A stretch of DNA of 25,159 nucleotides from IMG/VR virus record IMGVR_UViG_3300044267_003362, positions 1 through 25,159 of that record; one strand, given 5' to 3'. Shown here one piece after another: positions 24,955 through 25,159 of the stretch. Numbering within the stretch: position 1 is the first letter of the stretch; each line of letters starts with the position of its first letter. Position numbers and translations under genes: made by a program. Origin of the DNA: a virus (Duplodnaviria > Caudoviricetes). The notes below the pieces were generated by a model, which worked only from the letters and a program-made list of their open reading frames with translations, was not told the origin of the DNA and made no database searches.

Positions 24955-24980
24955 TATTGTTCTCCTATAACTATTTTTTA

Positions 24981-25159
24981 TTAAATTTCAAATCTTATAC
25001 CTGTTGTATCTCCTGGGGGCATTGTATTTGGAAAGTCTTCTTGTGGCATTGTTGATTCATTAATCTTTACTGCCATTGATGTAATTACATCTTGACTTTC
25101 AGCATTTAACTTCCTTTGTAGTACATCAGGTATTAAAAAGCCAGATAATGTTAGTGTCC
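24981..25159 (-). CDS. 3' end of a gene entering from the right, possibly tail completion/terminator (gp15-like)
   Basis: Open frame ...TLTLSGFLIPDVLQRKLNAESQ...GIRFEI* ending at TAA 24981-24983. The L.GFLIP segment and position before the sheath gene are suggestive only. Confidence 0.45.
   Translation of the reverse strand, partial: TLTLSGFLIPDVLQRKLNAESQDVITSMAVKINESTMPQEDFPNTMPPGDTTGIRFEI

Noticed and set aside
1-25159. Stop-codon reassignment, tRNAs, CRISPR arrays, integrase or transposase, inteins in the helicase or RecA
   Set aside because: Genes are full length in the standard code and end in TAA, TAG or TGA; intergenic gaps are under 100 nt with no cloverleaf or spaced repeats; protein lengths leave no room for inteins.

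Overview
A 25 kb, AT-rich segment of a large contractile-tailed (myovirus-type) dsDNA phage, with every credible gene on the minus strand. In transcription order (right to left) it holds a tail module: partial tail-completion-like gene, small coiled-coil protein, tail sheath, tail tube, T4 gp26-like chaperone with a probable +1 frameshift extension, tape measure protein, tube-initiator-like protein, LysM/gp53-like protein, and a large baseplate hub with a C-terminal L,D-transpeptidase-fold domain. A DNA metabolism module follows: a short, atypical family A polymerase, a probable protease-processed virion protein with a nuclease-like motif, an SMR-like membrane protein, UvsE, gp32-like SSB, RecA/UvsX, a flap endonuclease, a DnaB-like helicase, and class I RNR beta then alpha (partial). 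Two recurrent promoter-like motifs split largely by gene function, GATC is strongly avoided, and uvsE has foreign codon usage. No tRNA, CRISPR array or mobile element was seen. All family calls come from motif recognition by eye, not database searches.
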